Part shown: positions 10,342 to 18,414 of the stretch, one piece after another
Position numbering within the stretch: position 1 is the stretch's first letter
Layout of the letters: every line of letters starts with the position of its first letter
IMG/VR virus record: IMGVR_UViG_3300045988_169907
Location: 1 to 35,018 of that record
Source: a virus
Direction: 5' to 3' (one strand)
Length of the DNA: 35,018 nt
The notes under the pieces: generated by a model
Told to the model about the DNA's origin: nothing
Database searches by the model: none
Seen by the model: the letters and a program-made list of their open reading frames with translations, nothing else
Translations under genes and position numbers: made by a program

Positions 10342-10772
10342 TGTGTTTTTGCTCTCTTATTTCCAAAAAGAGGTTTAACATCAGTTAGTTTTAATATTTC
10401 TGATAATTTTATTTGTTCTTCATTCCATTTAAAAACTAATATTCCATTAACTTCCAACACTCTAAAACATTCTTTAAAACCTTGTTTTATATCCTCTTTC
10501 CAGTTATTACCTAGATGGCCATACTTTTTAGCCAACCAACTTTTCTCTCCAACTCTCTGTAAATGTGGAGGGTCAAAGATTACTAACTTAAATGAGTTAT
10601 CTGAAAAAGGTATATTTCTAAAATCTGCAACTATATCAGGTTTTATTTCTAATTTTCTGCCATCACACAATACATCTTCAACTTCTCTATTATCCATATA
10701 CACTGTGTCATCTCTCTCTTTCTGAAACCAAAACATCTTGCTGCCACAACATACATCTAAAATTTTTTTCAT
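10314..10772 (-). CDS. Phage class I SAM-dependent methyltransferase-like protein
   Basis: ILDVCCGSKMFWF, DFRNIPFSDNSFKLVIFDPPHL, GHLGNNWKEDIKQGFKECFRVLEVNGILVFKWNE. Confidence 0.75.
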   Translation of the reverse strand: MKKILDVCCGSKMFWFQKERDDTVYMDNREVEDVLCDGRKLEIKPDIVADFRNIPFSDNSFKLVIFDPPHLQRVGEKSWLAKKYGHLGNNWKEDIKQGFKECFRVLEVNGILVFKWNEEQIKLSEILKLTDVKPLFGNKRAKTHWLVFIKEE

Positions 10773-10828
10773 TATTGTCCTCCTAATAATTCAGGGTTTT
10801 TATAAATATTTTTTACACTTCCACATTC

Positions 10829-11365
10829 TCAACCTCCAATCTCTCCTGCTCTTACCTTAGCCCAGAAGTTTTGATATTCTTTACTATCTATAACTTTTTG
10901 TGCTTCTTCTCTTGTTTTAAAATAGTTGCCTAATTCATAATTTTTATTGTCAGATTCTTCATAAAAATCAAGGCATAAAATAATATAGCCATAAGAATTT
11001 AAAAAACAATATTCTTTATATTTTTCTGCTCTCCATTTCTTAGGTATTCCATATTTTTCGTTAAATTCTTGTAAAAATAACTCTAAACTTTCTACAAGAT
11101 TATTTTTAATAGTAAAACAATCATTTTCACTATTAAGATATAAATCAAAACATAGTATAGTATCTGAAATATAAGTACTAAAATTAGGGTCTTTATGAAG
11201 TTTACTGTTAGTTTCTAAGTTCGAACTATTTGCATACCCGAATTTGTATTTCTTTTTTTCTTCTATAACTTTTCTATTCATTTTTTTAACTATCGCTAAA
11301 CTATATTCATTGTTTATCTTAGTTATTTCTATCTCTAATACATTTTCTTTTTCCATTACTTCCAC
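10829..11365 (-). CDS. Hypothetical phage protein, 178 aa
   Basis: ORF in leftward operon. Confidence 0.6.
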   Translation of the reverse strand: MEVMEKENVLEIEITKINNEYSLAIVKKMNRKVIEEKKKYKFGYANSSNLETNSKLHKDPNFSTYISDTILCFDLYLNSENDCFTIKNNLVESLELFLQEFNEKYGIPKKWRAEKYKEYCFLNSYGYIILCLDFYEESDNKNYELGNYFKTREEAQKVIDSKEYQNFWAKVRAGEIGG

Positions 11366-11535
11366 CCATTTCCTTCGTGTTCTCTAAAAGTAGAATCTAA
11401 TATTTTCCCACAGTCTTTACATACTAAGTAAATTCTATCTCCACTCAAACATTGAAATTTACTATTTTCTTTCATCCATTGAGTATTTTTATGTCTACAG
11501 AATAATTGTTTCAATTTTATTTTTATTTTTTCCAT
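11356..11535 (-). CDS. Small CxxC-containing protein, 59 aa (MEKIKIKLKQLFCRHKNTQWMKENSKFQCLSGDRIYLVCKDCGKILDSTFREHEGNGWK)
   Basis: ORF read manually, RBS aggaggaagt upstream, overlaps neighbours as in a compact operon; zinc-ribbon-like CRH...CKDCGK. Confidence 0.6.
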   Translation of the reverse strand: MEKIKIKLKQLFCRHKNTQWMKENSKFQCLSGDRIYLVCKDCGKILDSTFREHEGNGWK

Positions 11536-11687
11536 TACTTCCTCCTCACAAATCTATAAATTGGTAATTTCTCTGAGTACAGTTTTAGTTTGCTAAATTC
11601 TTCTGTACTCAATTCACTAGCCTTAAAGTTCAATATTTTCTTTAATGCTTTTTTATAGAAAGCATCTAAGTTTTTTCTAGTAGCCAT
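11535..11687 (-). CDS. Small ORF, 50 aa (MATRKNLDAFYKKALKKILNFKASELSTEEFSKLKLYSEKLPIYRFVRRK)
   Basis: Read manually; TAATG-type overlap with downstream small gene. Confidence 0.5.
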   Translation of the reverse strand: MATRKNLDAFYKKALKKILNFKASELSTEEFSKLKLYSEKLPIYRFVRRK

Positions 11688-11689
11688 AG

Positions 11690-12127
11690 TTATTCCTCGT
11701 ATTCTTTTATAAAGTCTCTTAAAGTTTCTAGTGCTAAAATATAATTTTCTTTAAAAACACAATGAAAAATATAATTCAACTGTTTCTTTTTATTAATATT
11801 TAAATCTTTGGCAATTTCATCCATAATATTTTCCCAATCAGTTCTAAATTCTTTGAATAATTCATTAGCTTCACCTATTTTACCTAAATAACTTTCTGAA
11901 CGATTATAATTTTGAATAATCCATTCCAAATATTTAGCTGCTTTCTTATAATCTTCCTTACCATTTTTCTTTTCTGCTCTAATTAAGTATTTAAGAATAT
12001 TTCCAAGACAGAAAGCTACAAAACCTTTTATCCCTAATACTCTTTTAATTATTTCTATACTTTCAACACCACAACCAAGTTTATAGTGGTTTGGATTATT
12101 TACATTGTCTATATTTTTATTCTCCAT
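11690..12127 (-). CDS. DUF3310-type phage protein
   Basis: NNVNNPNHYKLGCGVESIEIIKRVLG...FCLGNILKYLIRAEKKNGKEDYKKAAKYLEWII. Confidence 0.8.
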   Translation of the reverse strand: MENKNIDNVNNPNHYKLGCGVESIEIIKRVLGIKGFVAFCLGNILKYLIRAEKKNGKEDYKKAAKYLEWIIQNYNRSESYLGKIGEANELFKEFRTDWENIMDEIAKDLNINKKKQLNYIFHCVFKENYILALETLRDFIKEYEE

Positions 12128-12152
12128 TTAGTCCTCCAACTTAAAATAGCCA

Positions 12153-12431
12153 TTATTCTTGACACATATTTATTACTGATTTTAAAGTTCCTATTTGTTG
12201 CATGTATTCATCAGAAATTTCATCAAAGCCATTTCTTTCATAATAAATTTCAAACTTTTTTTCAAATCTTTCTAGTGTTTCTTTAACTTCTGCCATACAC
12301 ATATCTTTTATATAATTAAGAATTTCTATAACAGAATAATTATTTTTTCTTATACTTTCTTCAATTCCATCTCCTTTTAAAAATTCTTTAATATCTTTTA
12401 TTCTTTCAGTTGCATATTCTTCTATTTTCAT
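12153..12431 (-). CDS. Hypothetical protein, 92 aa
   Basis: ORF within compact leftward operon. Confidence 0.55.
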   Translation of the reverse strand: MKIEEYATERIKDIKEFLKGDGIEESIRKNNYSVIEILNYIKDMCMAEVKETLERFEKKFEIYYERNGFDEISDEYMQQIGTLKSVINMCQE

Positions 12432-13151
12432 TTACTCCTCCTTAAATGCTTGAAAGTGTCCTTTATATATCCCTTTCAATTCTTTCACTTGCTCTGGACT
12501 TAGATATATTCCTGCCAAGTGATATTTCTTCATAAAATCAATCCTACTGATACAGTTATCAGCTTCATCGTGGTGCTCTCTACATAAACACATAACACGA
12601 TAATTAAGCCCTATATCACTTTTATAACCACTTGTTCCAACTCTGTCAAAATGTTGTAGCTCTCCTTGTTTGCCACAGATACAACAAATCTTTTTCTTTA
12701 AAGTTACATAAATAAATGTATCGTGATAATCCTCTGCAAACAAATCTCTAATCTCTTGCCTAAGTGGTATCTCCCAATAGATAGCCATTTCAAATAGCCA
12801 CTTAACAAAATCATTGGCTTGCTTTTGAGTTAGACTTCCAAGTGATAAGCTAAATCCACCATTTTGAATTGCTAGGCTCTGTAATGCCTTTATAACATTG
12901 CTAGTCAATTCATCTACTGTTAGATTATCCTTATTGTAGATAGAAGAAATTAGGAATGCCTGAGCATTTTTAACAGTATCAAACCCATTATAGACTTTTA
13001 CAAATTTAGCTTTCATAACTTCTTTTGTGTAAGCTAATTCTATAAATGATGGTCTTGATCCTGCTTCATTTCCTTGCCAAAAGTTAGCGAAGTCATCAAG
13101 CAACCAATATATAAGTTTTTGAGTTTGTCTTGTGTATCCTAATTTCTCCAT
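12432..13151 (-). CDS. Phage HNH nuclease-like protein
   Basis: CCICGKQGELQHFDRVG...YRVMCLCREHHDEAD zinc/HNH-like motif. Confidence 0.7.
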   Translation of the reverse strand: MEKLGYTRQTQKLIYWLLDDFANFWQGNEAGSRPSFIELAYTKEVMKAKFVKVYNGFDTVKNAQAFLISSIYNKDNLTVDELTSNVIKALQSLAIQNGGFSLSLGSLTQKQANDFVKWLFEMAIYWEIPLRQEIRDLFAEDYHDTFIYVTLKKKICCICGKQGELQHFDRVGTSGYKSDIGLNYRVMCLCREHHDEADNCISRIDFMKKYHLAGIYLSPEQVKELKGIYKGHFQAFKEE

Positions 13152-13162
13152 TTTATTTACTC

Positions 13163-13417
13163 CTAATTATTTTTATTTTCCCAAATTACTTGTAATCCAG
13201 GTTGTCCCTCAAATATCCAAATTTCTTTGCCTGTTTCAGTTGTAATTAGATAATCATTTCCACTACAGTTTATGTCTGTTTTTTTAATTTCTTTTACAAT
13301 TTCTTCATTACAACAATTTTTGCTTGAATTTATACTTTTTATTATTATTTCTTTTCCAACTTTATACATTGCTTCATAGTATGGTAATATTATGTCAAGT
13401 TCTATTATTTTTCTCAT
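13163..13417 (-). CDS. Hypothetical protein, 84 aa
   Basis: ORF in operon. Confidence 0.5.
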   Translation of the reverse strand: MRKIIELDIILPYYEAMYKVGKEIIIKSINSSKNCCNEEIVKEIKKTDINCSGNDYLITTETGKEIWIFEGQPGLQVIWENKNN

Positions 13418-13426
13418 TTTCTCCTC

Positions 13427-13804
13427 CTAAAACGGAAATTCCTCATCAATATCATCAGTTGTTGCTTCTGTGTTACTGTTTGCACTATTTCCATCTTCTT
13501 TTTTACTTCCGACAAATTCAACATTTTCTACAATAATGTATTGCCTAGTTATCTTATTTCCATCTTTCTCATAACTATCAACTTTTACATTACCTCTAAT
13601 TAAAATCTCTTGCCCTTTTCTAAAATATTCAGATATAAATTCTGCTGTCTTACTGAATGCAGTACATAGTATAAAATCTGTTAAATCTTTATCCTTACTA
13701 TATCTATTCACTGCAACTATAAAACTTGTGTAAGGTGTTCCTGATTGACTAAATAACAAATTTATATCTTTTGTCAATCTTCCTTTTAAAATCACTATAT
13801 TCAT
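13427..13804 (-). CDS. ssb: Single-stranded DNA-binding protein
   Basis: MNIVILKGRLTKDINLLFS..GTPYTSFIVAVNRYSKD...DFILCTAFSKTAEFISEYFRKGQEILIRGNVKV; acidic C-terminus DDIDEEFPF. Confidence 0.95.
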   Translation of the reverse strand: MNIVILKGRLTKDINLLFSQSGTPYTSFIVAVNRYSKDKDLTDFILCTAFSKTAEFISEYFRKGQEILIRGNVKVDSYEKDGNKITRQYIIVENVEFVGSKKEDGNSANSNTEATTDDIDEEFPF

Positions 13805-13811
13805 TTTTTAC

Positions 13812-14330
13812 CTACCCTATCTTTAAATTTTTGTTTTCTACAAGTCTTGCACCTTGAACTTCTTCCCCAGCTTTTAGAGCAACTTTAATTTTTTCTTTTG
13901 ATATTTTTTCAGTTGTTACAACTTCTATAAATTTCTTATCTATCAAACTTTCATCATAAATTTCAGTAGATGTTGATTTTGTAAATTTAATATTTCCTAT
14001 TGGTGTTTCTATTTTTTCAATGCCATTTACTAGCATTGCACTTTTAACATAAGTCTTAAATTTGTCTAAATTCTTTTTTAAACTATCTTTCATAGCTTGC
14101 AGTCTTTTTATTTCATTATCAAGAGCCTCAATAGTAAGCTCTTGATTTCTGACAACTGCTATTACATTTGCTGATTTATCTTTTAAATCTTGTGTTAGTT
14201 CAGCAGTCCATATTGCTAACTGATTTGCATTGTCTGTCATTTCTCCTGTTTCTGCATTAATCCCTTGTTCCAAAAATTCCATTCTTTCAATATAATCTTT
14301 TGCTACATCATAAAATTTCATTATACACAC
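13812..14330 (-). CDS. Siphovirus Gp157-like protein
   Basis: LDNEIKRLQAMKDSLKKNLDKFKTYVKSAMLVNGIEKIETPIGNIKFTKSTS, neighbour of SSB and annealing protein. Confidence 0.75.
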   Translation of the reverse strand: MCIMKFYDVAKDYIERMEFLEQGINAETGEMTDNANQLAIWTAELTQDLKDKSANVIAVVRNQELTIEALDNEIKRLQAMKDSLKKNLDKFKTYVKSAMLVNGIEKIETPIGNIKFTKSTSTEIYDESLIDKKFIEVVTTEKISKEKIKVALKAGEEVQGARLVENKNLKIG

Positions 14331-14333
14331 TCC

Positions 14334-15023
14334 TTATTTTTTAAATATTTTTTCACAAGCTTCTTTTAATTGTTCATCCGACATTTGCCAAAATGCTTCT
14401 ACTCCAAAATGTTTTAGAGTTTTTTCAAGTCTTTCTCCTGTAACATATTCAGTTAATTTTTCTATCATTCCAGCTCTACTGTTCAAATATTCTTGTGCCT
14501 TGTCTTGTTCTTTCTTAGTTGTTTTTTTAGATTTAGTAGAAAATACAACTGTTCCTTTACTATCTATTATTTCAAGTTCAGCAATAACCTTATCTACAAC
14601 AGTTATTTCTTTAACTGAAAATTTATCTGTTAATGATAGCTTTCCATTAGAATTTTTTATGTATTTTTTATCACTTATCCATATAAATGGTGATGTATAA
14701 AGTTCTCTACCTATTCCCCAATTAAAACAAGCTCTTTTGAAACTATCTGAGGCAAGTCCTTTCTCTTTTTCTGTAAAACTTTCAGTTCCAGTGTCTTCTT
14801 TCTCTACCCATATTTTCTTATCTTCATCATATATAGATACAATACAATTAGCATTCTCTCTACTATGTTTTCTTTGCCAGTTAAGTGGTCCTACTGTTTC
14901 ATCTAGGACATCCATATCAACTCTGGCATTTTTATATAACAATAAAGAAAATCCATTTTCCTTTACTGTTTGTGGCTTTACATCTATTTCATTCGCTTTT
15001 AATGTTCTAAAATTTAAAATCAT
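14334..15023 (-). CDS. Rad52/Rad22-like single-strand annealing protein (phage recombination)
   Basis: VDMDVLDETVGPLNWQRKHSRENANCIVSIYDEDKKIWVEKEDTG...KGLASDSFKRACFNWGIGRELY. Confidence 0.7.
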   Translation of the reverse strand: MILNFRTLKANEIDVKPQTVKENGFSLLLYKNARVDMDVLDETVGPLNWQRKHSRENANCIVSIYDEDKKIWVEKEDTGTESFTEKEKGLASDSFKRACFNWGIGRELYTSPFIWISDKKYIKNSNGKLSLTDKFSVKEITVVDKVIAELEIIDSKGTVVFSTKSKKTTKKEQDKAQEYLNSRAGMIEKLTEYVTGERLEKTLKHFGVEAFWQMSDEQLKEACEKIFKK

Positions 15024-15033
15024 CTTTTCCCTC

Positions 15034-15138
15034 CTACATCAATTCTTCTAATTTCTTAAATGGATAATTCAAAATTTTAACTATCCATTTGATTTTGTGC
15101 TTCACTATTTCCTTAAAACTTGCTTTTTTAAACTCCAT
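15034..15138 (-). CDS. Small ORF, 34 aa (MEFKKASFKEIVKHKIKWIVKILNYPFKKLEELM)
   Basis: Read manually; RBS-like ggagggag upstream; overlaps next small ORF. Confidence 0.35.
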   Translation of the reverse strand: MEFKKASFKEIVKHKIKWIVKILNYPFKKLEELM

Positions 15139-15250
15139 TTTCTCCCTCCATTTTTATATATTTTTCTATTATTTCCACAGCTTCAACAAGCGTTATCCCA
15201 GCTGGGAAAGATATTCTATTCCAGTATTTTTGAAGTGTTTTACAGTGCAT
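15128..15250 (-). CDS. Small ORF, 40 aa (MHCKTLQKYWNRISFPAGITLVEAVEIIEKYIKMEGENGV)
   Basis: Read manually; RBS ggaggaat upstream; overlaps downstream ORF. Confidence 0.45.
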   Translation of the reverse strand: MHCKTLQKYWNRISFPAGITLVEAVEIIEKYIKMEGENGV

Positions 15251-15457
15251 TTATTCCTCCTCCAATTCTCTTACTTCTCTTATAAAATTTTTTAATAAAT
15301 TAATTTCTCCGTGTTTCATACCTCTTAAAAAAGAAGTGTTATAACCAGCAATTTCATTTTCTTTTATTAATTCATCAGTGTTTTTTATAGAAATTTTCAC
15401 TGATTTATATATTGTTTCTATTAATTTCTCTCCTATTGATTTATCTATGTATGCCAT
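15251..15457 (-). CDS. Hypothetical protein, 68 aa
   Basis: ORF in compact operon. Confidence 0.55.
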   Translation of the reverse strand: MAYIDKSIGEKLIETIYKSVKISIKNTDELIKENEIAGYNTSFLRGMKHGEINLLKNFIREVRELEEE

Positions 15458-15697
15458 TTATATTTTCCCTCCCATTCCTTTATAAAGTTTATTTAGATTT
15501 TCAATAGCCAAGTCTTTAAAACCGTGTTCACAATTTTCTAACTTAGTTTTAATTTTTTCATACCAATTTTTAGCTTTTGATTTATTAATGTAATAGCTTT
15601 GGTCTATTCCTAAAAAATCAAGTTGTGTTTTTGCCGTTAGTTCTACTAATCCAAATATTAATCTTGTTTCTTCTGATATAAAATATAAATCTTTCAT
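15458..15697 (-). CDS. Hypothetical protein, 79 aa
   Basis: ORF in compact operon. Confidence 0.55.
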   Translation of the reverse strand: MKDLYFISEETRLIFGLVELTAKTQLDFLGIDQSYYINKSKAKNWYEKIKTKLENCEHGFKDLAIENLNKLYKGMGGKI

Positions 15698-15706
15698 TTT
15701 CTCCTC

Positions 15707-16081
15707 CTATATAAAATCTCTTATGCTTAGTCCTCTACTTCCGTATGGATCCTCTTTCTCATATTCCCAATCATTAACATTAAGTTTATCTATTTCTATT
15801 TCATTTTCTAAATTGTTTAATGCTTCAATAAACTTATTGAAATCATTAAACTTATAATTAAATGGATAAGTACTATCAGAATGAACAGCTGTTATTTCTA
15901 CATCTATATAACCTTGTTCTTCTGTGCTATCCCAACTAGCAGCTATTGATGTGTATTCATCTTCTAATTTTGCTAGGTCTGGTAACTTGAAATAGTTATC
16001 TATTTCACTCCCGTATTTATTTTCTGCTTCTGTGTACATAATCCATTGATGGTCTGCAAATTCTAATGTGAAGTTTTTCAT
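15707..16081 (-). CDS. Acidic 124-aa protein, first gene of the leftward early operon
   Basis: ORF directly downstream of near-consensus leftward promoter at 16178..16150. Confidence 0.65.
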   Translation of the reverse strand: MKNFTLEFADHQWIMYTEAENKYGSEIDNYFKLPDLAKLEDEYTSIAASWDSTEEQGYIDVEITAVHSDSTYPFNYKFNDFNKFIEALNNLENEIEIDKLNVNDWEYEKEDPYGSRGLSIRDFI

Positions 16082-16149
16082 TTTATCCTCCCTTGTACAC
16101 CTATATATGTACTTATATTTGAAAATTTTTTTAAATATCTTATAATCTT

Positions 16150-16178
16150 ATTGTACATCTTATTGTGTACAATGTCAA
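16150..16178 (-). promoter_or_regulatory. Leftward early promoter
   Basis: On minus strand TTGACA-17 bp-TACAAT; spacer contains TTGTACACAA. Confidence 0.8.
16151..16172. promoter_or_regulatory. Operator: TTGTACA-N8-TGTACAA inverted repeat overlapping the leftward promoter
   Basis: ttgtacatcttattgtgtacaa read directly. Confidence 0.7.
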
Positions 16179-16238
16179 GAAAAATTTTTATTTTTTTAAA
16201 AATTATGTTAAAATCATTTATAAACAAGGAGGAACTGT

Positions 16239-16661
16239 ATGTCGTTTGGTGAAATTTTAAAAGAAATTAGAAAAGAAAATGGAGAAAGTTTAAGGAGGTT
16301 GGCAGAAAAAATAGATATAGCTTTTTCTTATATTGATAGGATAGAAAAAAATAAAAATCCAATTAGTAAAAATGTGTTTGAAAAGATTTTAAAAATTTAT
16401 CCTTTACATAAGGAAAAGTTAATGAAAGCTTATATGGAAGATACTTTACCAGATGAGATATTAAAAAATATAGGCCTAAAAATAGAAAATGATTTTTTAG
16501 ATAATATGAAAGATGTTGTAAAAATGTTAGATAAGGAAAGTCAAAAAATGGCTTTTTTATATATTATAGAAAGACTTGAATATACAAGTTTAAAAAATGG
16601 TACTTATGATAAAATAAAAACTATGTTAGATAAAGTAAAAGAAAGAGTTGAAAAAAGTTAA
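16239..16661 (+). CDS. XRE/cI-type HTH transcriptional repressor
   Basis: FGEILKEIRKENGESLRRLAEKIDIAFSYIDRIEKNKNPISKNVFEKI HTH. Confidence 0.9.
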   Translation: MSFGEILKEIRKENGESLRRLAEKIDIAFSYIDRIEKNKNPISKNVFEKILKIYPLHKEKLMKAYMEDTLPDEILKNIGLKIENDFLDNMKDVVKMLDKESQKMAFLYIIERLEYTSLKNGTYDKIKTMLDKVKERVEKS

Positions 16662-16673
16662 TTTTAAATAAAA

Positions 16674-17144
16674 ATGGGGGAAATTATGGAAATATTTTAT
16701 TTACTTATTTTTTTTAATTTATTGGTTGCTATTTTTAAATTTAGAAATATTAGTGATTTTTTAATGTATTTAACATTTTTTATTATGTTTCTAATTGTAG
16801 GAAGTTATGTGTTTGATTTTATAGTTTTAATTATTATCACAATTCCTGAATTTTTTGGAAAGCATTGTAATAATAAAACTATAAATATAGTTTTTAATGT
16901 AAGCTTTTTAATTCCATCAATTTTCTGCCTTATTTATATATCTTCTTTACCTTTTTATGTTGGAAGTGATGGGCTTAGCAGATTTGAATATTTTAAGTAT
17001 AGAAAAAAAATAAAAGAAATTAAAAAGTTAGATAAAATAAAACAGACATTTGAATTTGAAAAGATAATAAAGAAAAGAAAAGAAAAATTTTACTATACAA
17101 AAGAAAGTTTTGCTGATGAATTATTTTTTTGGAAGAAAAAATAG
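16674..17144 (+). CDS. Multi-pass membrane protein co-directional with repressor
   Basis: Several hydrophobic segments followed by a lysine-rich cytoplasmic tail. Confidence 0.6.
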   Translation: MGEIMEIFYLLIFFNLLVAIFKFRNISDFLMYLTFFIMFLIVGSYVFDFIVLIIITIPEFFGKHCNNKTINIVFNVSFLIPSIFCLIYISSLPFYVGSDGLSRFEYFKYRKKIKEIKKLDKIKQTFEFEKIIKKRKEKFYYTKESFADELFFWKKK

Positions 17145-17166
17145 CAAAAACTATAAACAATATTTT

Positions 17167-17200
17167 AATTTAAGAGAGATTTATTCTCTCTTAAATTTTT
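17167..17200 (+). terminator. Rho-independent terminator after the repressor/membrane gene pair
   Basis: aatttaagagaga-tttat-tctctcttaaatt, perfect 13-bp stem followed by T run. Confidence 0.8.
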
Positions 17201-17201
17201 T

Positions 17202-17230
17202 ATTGACTTTGTAAATTTTTATGTGTACAA
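17202..17230 (+). promoter_or_regulatory. Rightward promoter overlapping operator
   Basis: TTGACT-17 bp-TACAAT with gtgtacaa at 17223..17230 overlapping the -10; second gtgtacaa at 17280..17287. Confidence 0.65.
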
Positions 17231-17301
17231 TATAAAAAAGTAAGTAATAAATTTTTTTGTAAAATAAGTACATATAAAAGTGTACAAAAACGAGGTGAGA
17301 A

Positions 17302-17538
17302 ATGGATACGAAAAAAATTTGGAAAATTTTAGATAGGGAAAGAAGATTAAACTATAATTCAAAAGCAGAATTAGGTAGAAAGCTAGGTAGAAGTAAGTCA
17401 GCGTTTGAAAACTATATGAAAACTCTAAAAGAATGTAATGAGAGAAATGCTTTCAACAAAATCTGCTCTGTCCTAGAAGCTCTAGGAAAAAGAATTATAG
17501 TAGTTGATGAGAATGGTGATGAAATCATTCTTGATTAA
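17302..17538 (+). CDS. Small HTH-like DNA-binding regulator (Cro-like position)
   Basis: KAELGRKLGRSKSAFENYMKTLKECNERNAFNKICSVLEALG; strong RBS cgaggtgag. Confidence 0.7.
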   Translation: MDTKKIWKILDRERRLNYNSKAELGRKLGRSKSAFENYMKTLKECNERNAFNKICSVLEALGKRIIVVDENGDEIILD

Positions 17539-17751
17539 TTATTTCTACAACTTGTTCTAAAATTTTAAAAACTTCAATAATTTCCTCCTCTAACATATCA
17601 TACCGCCCCCTTGTGAGTATTATAAGTTAAAAGGAAATTATTACAAGTTTAAAATTATAATAAAATAACAAAATAATATTAATAAAATTAATGAAAAAAG
17701 GTATTTTTTTATAAATAAAATTACAGTAGTTATAAAAAAGAAAGGAGAATA

Positions 17752-17919
17752 ATGAATACAGAAGTTTTATTCAATTTAATCTTCTCGGTGTTAGGAACAA
17801 TATATGTTTTCTATAAATCTATTCGTCTAAGAGATTTTGACGGCTTAACAATAACTGTGCTTTCATTGGGTATCTTAAATTTTTTTCTATGTGTTTACAT
17901 TCTTGCAGCATACTCTTGA
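17752..17919 (+). CDS. Small two-TM membrane protein, 55 aa (MNTEVLFNLIFSVLGTIYVFYKSIRLRDFDGLTITVLSLGILNFFLCVYILAAYS)
   Basis: Read manually; RBS aaaggagaata; overlaps the 3' end of the opposite-strand ORF 17819..18250. Confidence 0.5.
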   Translation: MNTEVLFNLIFSVLGTIYVFYKSIRLRDFDGLTITVLSLGILNFFLCVYILAAYS

Positions 17920-18250
17920 TTAAGTTTAAAAAGATTTTGTTACTATCGTATTTTTTGAACCTAATCATAGTAAAGAAAAATTGAAAATATGCTAATGAAT
18001 TAGTATCAAGATAAAGAATGTTATTTTTAATTAATTCAAGAATTTTATTTCTAAATTCTAAGTTATCAGGTTTAGGTTTTTCATTTATTCTTATATAAGA
18101 AATGTAGATTTCTATAAATGGGCAGTATAGATGTAAATATCTTTCTTTGTATGCTTCAATCTTATATTTATATCTATCTTGCCATTTTCCTAAAAAGAAA
18201 GCAAATAAAGTTATAAAAGATTGAGTAATTAAAATTAAAAAATGTTCCAT
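17819..18250 (-). CDS. Membrane-anchored 143-aa protein of unknown function
   Basis: N-terminal TM (MEHFLILITQSFITLFAFFLGKW) plus soluble helical region; RBS aaggagatg. Confidence 0.55.
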   Translation of the reverse strand: MEHFLILITQSFITLFAFFLGKWQDRYKYKIEAYKERYLHLYCPFIEIYISYIRINEKPKPDNLEFRNKILELIKNNILYLDTNSLAYFQFFFTMIRFKKYDSNKIFLNLIKSMLQECKHIEKNLRYPMKAQLLLSRQNLLDE

Positions 18251-18254
18251 AAAA

Positions 18255-18350
18255 TCATCTCCTTAGTTTATAAAGTATCTTGCAAAATATATTATAAATC
18301 AAAGGAGTAAATAATACAAATCTAAGGCTAGTCCTTAGACACATAGCCAT
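18255..18350 (-). CDS. Putative leader peptide, 31 aa (MAMCLRTSLRFVLFTPLIYNIFCKILYKLRR)
   Basis: ggaggag upstream, stop lies 4 nt before the ATG of 17819..18250; start codon inside inverted repeat. Confidence 0.35.
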   Translation of the reverse strand: MAMCLRTSLRFVLFTPLIYNIFCKILYKLRR

Positions 18351-18414
18351 AAGTTTTTCTATCTCCTCCAAAAATCTAAAAGATGTTTTTCTTGTGGCTA
18401 TCTGTGTAAGAACT
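18330..18414. repeat. Long imperfect inverted repeat (21-nt arms)
   Basis: agtccttagacacatagccat (18330..18350) versus gtggctatctgtgtaagaact (18394..18414), 17 Watson-Crick pairs plus 1 wobble out of 21. Confidence 0.7.

Noticed and set aside
10264-12286. Plus-strand ORFs 10264..10725 and 12086..12286
   Set aside because: Antisense to well supported leftward genes (methyltransferase, DUF3310, hypothetical).
14500-15295. Plus-strand ORFs 14500..14700, 14737..15051, 15089..15295
   Set aside because: Antisense to the annealing protein and small leftward ORFs; composition typical of shadow frames.
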